Shown here: one piece after another, positions 58,873 to 64,000 of the stretch
Numbering within the stretch: the stretch's first letter is position 1
Layout of the letters: every line of letters starts with the position of its first letter
Virus record (IMG/VR): IMGVR_UViG_3300032046_000001
Coordinates: 62,001 to 126,000 of that record
Length of the DNA: 64,000 nt
Direction: 5' to 3' (one strand)
Program-made: the position numbers and the translations under genes
Notes under the pieces: model-generated
What the model was told of the DNA's origin: nothing
Database searches by the model: none
Seen by the model: the letters and a program-made list of their open reading frames with translations, nothing else

Positions 58873-58887
58873 TCTCTCCACTTCCAC
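58852..58887. terminator. Bidirectional terminator
   Basis: 15-bp inverted repeat GTGGAAGTGGAGAGA/TCTCTCCACTTCCAC. Confidence 0.75.
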
Positions 58888-58907
58888 TCGTACTAACCAA
58901 TCAAACC

Positions 58908-59591
58908 TTAAAGCTTGGCGGCTACTTCAGATGAAATAACAGGATTACTTAGAATCCGTCCATCGCCACGACAATCCGAACAAATGACATGTGTTTTGAT
59001 TTTCCCTGTGGGGGATAATCGTTTCTTCACACAAGTACATGGAACAGTTCGTTTTTCATTTTGATACGAGAACCGTCCTGTACCACCACATGCCTTACAT
59101 GGTTTTTTGGGAATATATGAATACTTCTTCCCGTCAACCTCATCAGCTTCGAGAAGTCGGAAAGTTTCATTGCCATGTTGGGCAATGAAAGCATCGGATG
59201 GAACTACTTCCAGTTTATCTCTGTTTTGCTCGATAACTTCTCTAAGTGTCAGTCCATGACATCGTTCACACACTTTTGTGAGAATGTGTGTACCATTGCA
59301 GGGTAAAATACCCTTTTCGGGATCTCCATGACATTTATCGAGGTAATATACTTCCTGAACAAGTTCAGGAATGATCTTAAAACCTCTACCAGCACACGAA
59401 GGACACCTATCCTGAACGAAGCCAACGTTCAAGATTCGTTGTGATTTAATCATGTCTTGTGCGATAACGGCTATAAGGACATCATTCTTCTCTTCAACCG
59501 TGATCGACTTATTGGCATACGCATTCAACACTTCTTTAACCAAAACCATATTTTGTTTTACACTTTCCGTAACTCTATCTACACGACTCAT
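58908..59591 (-). CDS. DnaJ-type zinc-finger (CxxCxGxG) protein without J domain
   Basis: CPSCAGRG, CERCHG, CKACGGTG, CSDCRGDG. Confidence 0.7.
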   Translation of the reverse strand: MSRVDRVTESVKQNMVLVKEVLNAYANKSITVEEKNDVLIAVIAQDMIKSQRILNVGFVQDRCPSCAGRGFKIIPELVQEVYYLDKCHGDPEKGILPCNGTHILTKVCERCHGLTLREVIEQNRDKLEVVPSDAFIAQHGNETFRLLEADEVDGKKYSYIPKKPCKACGGTGRFSYQNEKRTVPCTCVKKRLSPTGKIKTHVICSDCRGDGRILSNPVISSEVAAKL

Positions 59592-59742
59592 ACTTTTACT
59601 TTCCTCTTTTGTGTACTCTTTACTTTACTTTTGACAAATTCGTGGATTGAGAAATAAAAATTTTGTTTTTCCATTTTACATAAAATTCTCCTTTACGGAC
59701 TAAAGTTGATTGTTAATAAAAATTAAGATCTATCATCTCGAC

Positions 59743-59756
59743 TATTAATATATATA
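59743..59756 (-). promoter_or_regulatory. Putative promoter motif TATATATATTAATA (copy 4)
   Basis: Exact 14-mer upstream of 58908-59591. Confidence 0.6.
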
Positions 59757-59841
59757 GTCTTAATGGGGTTAAATTAAATTTGAATAAAATTATTTTTTTT
59801 GTCGAATTTAACAAATTATAAAAAGATATAAGGAGTCGATA

Positions 59842-62800
59842 TTGTTCAGTATTAAAAATTCAAAATTCAGTGATTGTTTTTCTTGTAAATTATTAGGTGC
59901 GCCTTCTTGTATTCTTGAGACGAACTGTAAAGATGATTTATCAAAAATTGACATAATCATAGTTGCTGAAAATCCAGGAAAAAATGAAGTTGAAGCTGGT
60001 ATACCATTAATTGGAAGATCTGGTAAAACTTTCAGAAAATATTTTGACAAGTATTTGAGAAATCTAAATTATTTAATTACGAATGTTGTGTTGTGTCAAA
60101 CTATTGATGCTGAAGGAAATACGAGTAATCCCGATGATGAGACAATTGAAAGATGTAAAAATAATCTTGTAGCACTAATAGATATCTGTAAACCTAAATT
60201 AATTTTTTGTATGGGGGCATCACCAGCAGCAGCATTCGATATTAAGAAAGTGAAAATGACTGATGTACGTGGTGAAATTATAAAATGGAATGGTTATGAT
60301 GTATTATTAACAATACATCCTTCATATGTGAATAGAAATAAAAAAACCAATCCAGAATTTGAAATGAATTTTGAAAGTGATTTTGTGAAAGCCGCGAATT
60401 TATTAGGTATTAGTGTCAAACAGAACAATGTTGAAGAAAGTTTTGTGTCAACATCAAAGGGCATACAATCATATATGATTCCTGAAAAATATTATACTGA
60501 TGAATACAGATTAATTGATATTCATTATTCATCTTTAAAAAATCAAGTGATTTATATTTTCAGAGATAAGAATGAAGTGAAATCATACTATATTGTTGAT
60601 GATCAATATTATTGTTATCAAACACCAACAAAAATTGATAATAGACCAGTTGTTGAATATGATAATTTAAATCGATTATCAATAAAATATGCCGACAGAA
60701 AAAGATTAGATTCTAAAATCACATATGAGGGTGATATTAAAATTTATGATAAACACATCATTGATTATTTTATTCACAATAAGGGTGAAGCGATTGACAC
60801 AAATTTAAATATTTACTATGTTGATATCGAAGTCGATCCTGGTGAATCAAAAGGTGTATCAAATGCCGATGAAGCTGAGTTTCCAATTAATTTAATTACT
60901 GTCAGATATAACGGACAAACTATAACGTATGTTTTGGATAATGGAACAAAAATTAACAAAATAAAAGATGTTGAACTTAAAATATTCAAAACTGAGAAAT
61001 CACTAATGATAACATTCTTGGATGATTTAGATAAATTCAATCCCGATATAATCACTGGATGGAATGTTATTAGTTTTGATATGTGTTATATTTTCAATAG
61101 ATTGCCAAAACTAAATATTAATAAAATGAGAATATCACCTTTCAAAGATGCGTATATCGATAAAGAAAGAGGATATGCGAATGTTCCTGGTTATGTTCTG
61201 ATAGATATGTGTTCATTGTACAAAGAGTTCCAATTGAAAGCCAGAGAAAATTATAAACTTGGTACAATCGCACAGGTCGAAGTTGGTGAAACAAAAATTC
61301 AACTCGAAGGTTCATTTTCAGATATGTATCGAAATAATATTAATAAATTTATCGAATATAATATTCGAGATACAATGCTCCTAGAGAAACTTGAAAATAA
61401 ATTAAAGTTCATTAAGTTATTGAATGAATTAAGAAGAATTTGTTCTGGATCTTTCAAAACATGTGAAAATACATCAGGACGTTTGGACTGTTTAGTAACA
61501 AGACATTTGAAATGTAAAAATTTCGCTTCCAGAAATTCACAAGGTCTTTCTAAAGAAAAATTTCCAGGAGCGTATGTCCAAGAACCAATGATGGGAATTC
61601 ATAATTATGTAGTTGATTTTGATTATAAATCTCTATATCCGAGTTTAGTATTGACCTACAATATTGGTATTAATACATTCTTGATGAAGTTTGAGAATTT
61701 AAGATTCGGTTATGACTTGGCGTATGACATTGATAATTTACCCGAAAAGTTCATTATTGTTAAAGATCCATTATTTAAGAATGAACGAATTGAATATACA
61801 AAAGAACAACTTTTAAATGAAATAAAAGATCAAAATCTTATTTGTACAATTAATGGTTGTTTTTATAAAAATCATAAGACCGAGCTATCATATTATAGTG
61901 AAATTCTTGAACATCTTCTGAGTTCACGAGATGTCTCCAAGAGAAAGATGTTAGAACTAAAAGAGGCGAAAGAATTTGATATGGTTGAGTTATATGATAT
62001 TCGACAGAAAACATATAAAGTTTTAGCCAATGCTCTTTATGGTATTTTAGGAACTAATATTTATAGATTCTTTAATCTTGATATGGCATCTTCGATTACA
62101 CTATCAGGACAAGAAGTTATTAAAAATTCAATTTTACATGTTGATAAGTATATGGATAATTTAAAGAGAGGAATTAAAGAAGATGTTGATATCACAATAT
62201 CAAAAGAAAATGTCTACACTGATTGGATGGATGTGAAATTGAAATATATCATTACAAGCGATACCGATTCGATATTAGCGACATTATCAAAATTTATAAA
62301 AAGTAAAGATTATGAAACATCAATTCAAGAAATGACAGATATCTGTTCGAGTATTCAAAATTTTATAAACAATCAAGTTGTTTCAAGAATAATAAATAGA
62401 CATAATGTTCCAATTGATAAAAATCGATTAAAAATTAAAAATGAATTGATGTGTTCGAGAGGTTTATTTGTTAGCAAGAAACACTACGCACTCTATGTAA
62501 TATTTCAAGAGAATAAACGTGTTGATGAAATGACAATTACTGGATTAGAAATAAAACGTCGTGATTTTTCATCATATACAAAAGATTGTATGAAAGAACT
62601 TCTTGATATTATTTTAAAATCTGAAAAAATATCATTTAATCAAATTATGTCATATGTCAAGGAGAAAGAATATGAATTCATTAAAAGAATTCGATGTGGT
62701 GATAAAACTGTTGCAAGACCAAGTGGTTGGAAGAAAAAATTAGATGAATATAAAGTTATTCCTCAAGGAATTTACGCAATGATGAACTGGAACGATTTAT

Positions 62801-63075
62801 TATATAATTCATTCGAATGTGGTGTTCGTGGATATTTATTTAAAATTAATGGCATAGATATTTCAAAGACACCAAAGAATGTTATTGAGAATTATAATAA
62901 AATATTTGTATCTGGTGGTAAAACTTTAGAAACCATATGTGTACCGGATGAAGAATCCAGACTTCCTGAATATTTTATCCCAGATATGAAAGAGATGTTA
63001 AAGTTTCACTGGATTGATCGTTACAGTCAGTTATTAGCACCAATTATTAAACCAGTTGAATTAGTAAAAATTTAA
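59842..63075 (+). CDS. Family-4 uracil-DNA glycosylase fused to a family-B DNA polymerase
   Basis: UDG4: CxxC, AENPG..E, G.SG, TNVVLC, HPS. PolB: DIE, GWN..FD, YNIRD, DYKSLYPS, K...NALYG, SDTDS, KKHY. Confidence 0.9.
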   Translation: MFSIKNSKFSDCFSCKLLGAPSCILETNCKDDLSKIDIIIVAENPGKNEVEAGIPLIGRSGKTFRKYFDKYLRNLNYLITNVVLCQTIDAEGNTSNPDDETIERCKNNLVALIDICKPKLIFCMGASPAAAFDIKKVKMTDVRGEIIKWNGYDVLLTIHPSYVNRNKKTNPEFEMNFESDFVKAANLLGISVKQNNVEESFVSTSKGIQSYMIPEKYYTDEYRLIDIHYSSLKNQVIYIFRDKNEVKSYYIVDDQYYCYQTPTKIDNRPVVEYDNLNRLSIKYADRKRLDSKITYEGDIKIYDKHIIDYFIHNKGEAIDTNLNIYYVDIEVDPGESKGVSNADEAEFPINLITVRYNGQTITYVLDNGTKINKIKDVELKIFKTEKSLMITFLDDLDKFNPDIITGWNVISFDMCYIFNRLPKLNINKMRISPFKDAYIDKERGYANVPGYVLIDMCSLYKEFQLKARENYKLGTIAQVEVGETKIQLEGSFSDMYRNNINKFIEYNIRDTMLLEKLENKLKFIKLLNELRRICSGSFKTCENTSGRLDCLVTRHLKCKNFASRNSQGLSKEKFPGAYVQEPMMGIHNYVVDFDYKSLYPSLVLTYNIGINTFLMKFENLRFGYDLAYDIDNLPEKFIIVKDPLFKNERIEYTKEQLLNEIKDQNLICTINGCFYKNHKTELSYYSEILEHLLSSRDVSKRKMLELKEAKEFDMVELYDIRQKTYKVLANALYGILGTNIYRFFNLDMASSITLSGQEVIKNSILHVDKYMDNLKRGIKEDVDITISKENVYTDWMDVKLKYIITSDTDSILATLSKFIKSKDYETSIQEMTDICSSIQNFINNQVVSRIINRHNVPIDKNRLKIKNELMCSRGLFVSKKHYALYVIFQENKRVDEMTITGLEIKRRDFSSYTKDCMKELLDIILKSEKISFNQIMSYVKEKEYEFIKRIRCGDKTVARPSGWKKKLDEYKVIPQGIYAMMNWNDLLYNSFECGVRGYLFKINGIDISKTPKNVIENYNKIFVSGGKTLETICVPDEESRLPEYFIPDMKEMLKFHWIDRYSQLLAPIIKPVELVKI

Positions 63076-63117
63076 TTTGATATGGAATTATTTTATCATG
63101 GATGATAACAAAATATA

Positions 63118-63210
63118 AAAGAGAGATAGAGACTTAAGCTCGAAAAGAAGTATTCCGAAACTTCCTTCTCTCTTTATTATTCATTCGGAATGATTATCGG
63201 AGATTATAAA
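63118..63210 (+). ncRNA. Structured leader RNA, copy 3, upstream of an HNH gene
   Basis: P1 63118-26/63167-75; loop ATTCCGAA complementary to TTCGGAAT (63184) and to TCGGAG (63197). Confidence 0.75.
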
Positions 63211-63816
63211 ATGAAAATTTATGAAAATTTAGATTTACAAGATTTAGATGTAGAAGTTTGGAGAACTATAAAAGAATACCCAGATTATTCTATTAGTAAT
63301 TTAGGAAGGGTTAAATCATTAAAATTTGGAAAAGAAAGAGTATTAAAACAAGGTAAAAATAGTAGAAAATATTTTTGTGTTGTTTTATCTAAAAATAAAA
63401 ATAAAAAAACAAAATTAGTTCATATACTTGTTTTTGAAATTTATAATAATTACAAATTAAAATCAAATGAGTGTATTCATCACAAAGATGGGAATAAAGA
63501 AAATAATTATTATAAAAATTTAGAAAGAATGACTAAATTAGATCACTTAAGTTTACACAACAAAGGAGAAAACAATCCTATGTTTGGAAAATATTTATCT
63601 ACAAAAACAAAAATGATGATAAGTAAAAATCATTTCGATAATAAAGGTGAAAATAATCCACATCATAAACTAACAGAAGAACAAGTTATCCAGATAAAAT
63701 TATTATTAAAAGAGGGAATATTAACTCAAGAAGAAATAGCTGATATATTTGGAGTTGGTAAAATGACAATTTCAAAAATAAAGAGAGGAAAATTATGGAA
63801 ACATGTGAAAATATGA
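63211..63816 (+). CDS. NUMOD4-HNH homing endonuclease
   Basis: MKIYENLDLQDL start as in paralogs; CIHHKDGNKENN; HTH. Confidence 0.85.
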   Translation: MKIYENLDLQDLDVEVWRTIKEYPDYSISNLGRVKSLKFGKERVLKQGKNSRKYFCVVLSKNKNKKTKLVHILVFEIYNNYKLKSNECIHHKDGNKENNYYKNLERMTKLDHLSLHNKGENNPMFGKYLSTKTKMMISKNHFDNKGENNPHHKLTEEQVIQIKLLLKEGILTQEEIADIFGVGKMTISKIKRGKLWKHVKI

Positions 63817-64000
63817 AAAGTGATATGTCAATAAAAGCAATTGAGTGTTTTTCAACCTATCAAGGAGAAGGGTTATTTTCAGGAAAAAGAGTTGTATTAA
63901 TAAGATTCAAAGAATGTAATCGTGATTGTTGGTATTGTGATACAAAAAATAAAATGAAATATTATGAGGAAGGTGAATATAAATTAGAAGATATTCAAAA
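63813..64000 (+). CDS. queE: QueE-like radical SAM enzyme (7-carboxy-7-deazaguanine synthase), 5' part
   Basis: E.F.TYQGEG...G...V.IRF..CNRDCWYCDT (CxxxCxxC). Confidence 0.8.
   Translation, partial: MKSDMSIKAIECFSTYQGEGLFSGKRVVLIRFKECNRDCWYCDTKNKMKYYEEGEYKLEDIQ

Noticed and set aside
63118-63210. Leader as a preQ1 riboswitch because queE lies downstream
   Set aside because: It does not resemble the preQ1 class I or II consensus as I recall them, and the other two copies are not near que genes. The constant neighbour is the nuclease.
2285-63816. Endonuclease genes as group I intron or intein passengers
   Set aside because: The flanking genes are complete separate ORFs, there is no room for intron core structure, and no intein motifs are evident in the polymerase.
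1-64000. Stop-codon recoding (TAG or TGA read-through)
   Set aside because: Long genes are intact in the standard code, and TAA, TAG and TGA all end well-supported genes.

Overview
This window is an AT-rich segment of what is most likely a large tailed (probably contractile-tailed, jumbo-type) phage genome. The evidence is a PAAR spike gene, a family-B DNA polymerase, PhoH, a dense run of small ORFans and no host housekeeping operons. The + strand carries four things: a very large glycan-building cluster (about 11 glycosyltransferases, 4 methyltransferases, an aminotransferase, a kinase, an epimerase and a dehydrogenase); nucleotide-metabolism genes (PyrD, PyrF, PurD); a uracil-DNA-glycosylase/PolB fusion; and the start of a QueE-like gene. 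Islands of small minus-strand genes interrupt it, four of them headed by an identical 14-nt motif. Nine free-standing homing-endonuclease-like genes (7 NUMOD4-HNH, 2 GIY-YIG-like) are scattered through it. The best candidate for a new system is a ~95-nt structured leader found three times (7407, 12639, 63118), each directly upstream of an endonuclease gene, from two unrelated nuclease families. It folds as a three-way junction whose P3 loop co-varies with both a downstream decoy site and the Shine-Dalgarno region, consistent with a switchable pseudoknot. Some endonuclease cassettes also have target-site-duplication-like flanks and swapped DNA-binding modules. A second candidate is a ~330-nt structured non-coding region at 25060-25430 with its own promoter-like motif. 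All calls are by-eye motif recognition; no database searches were run.
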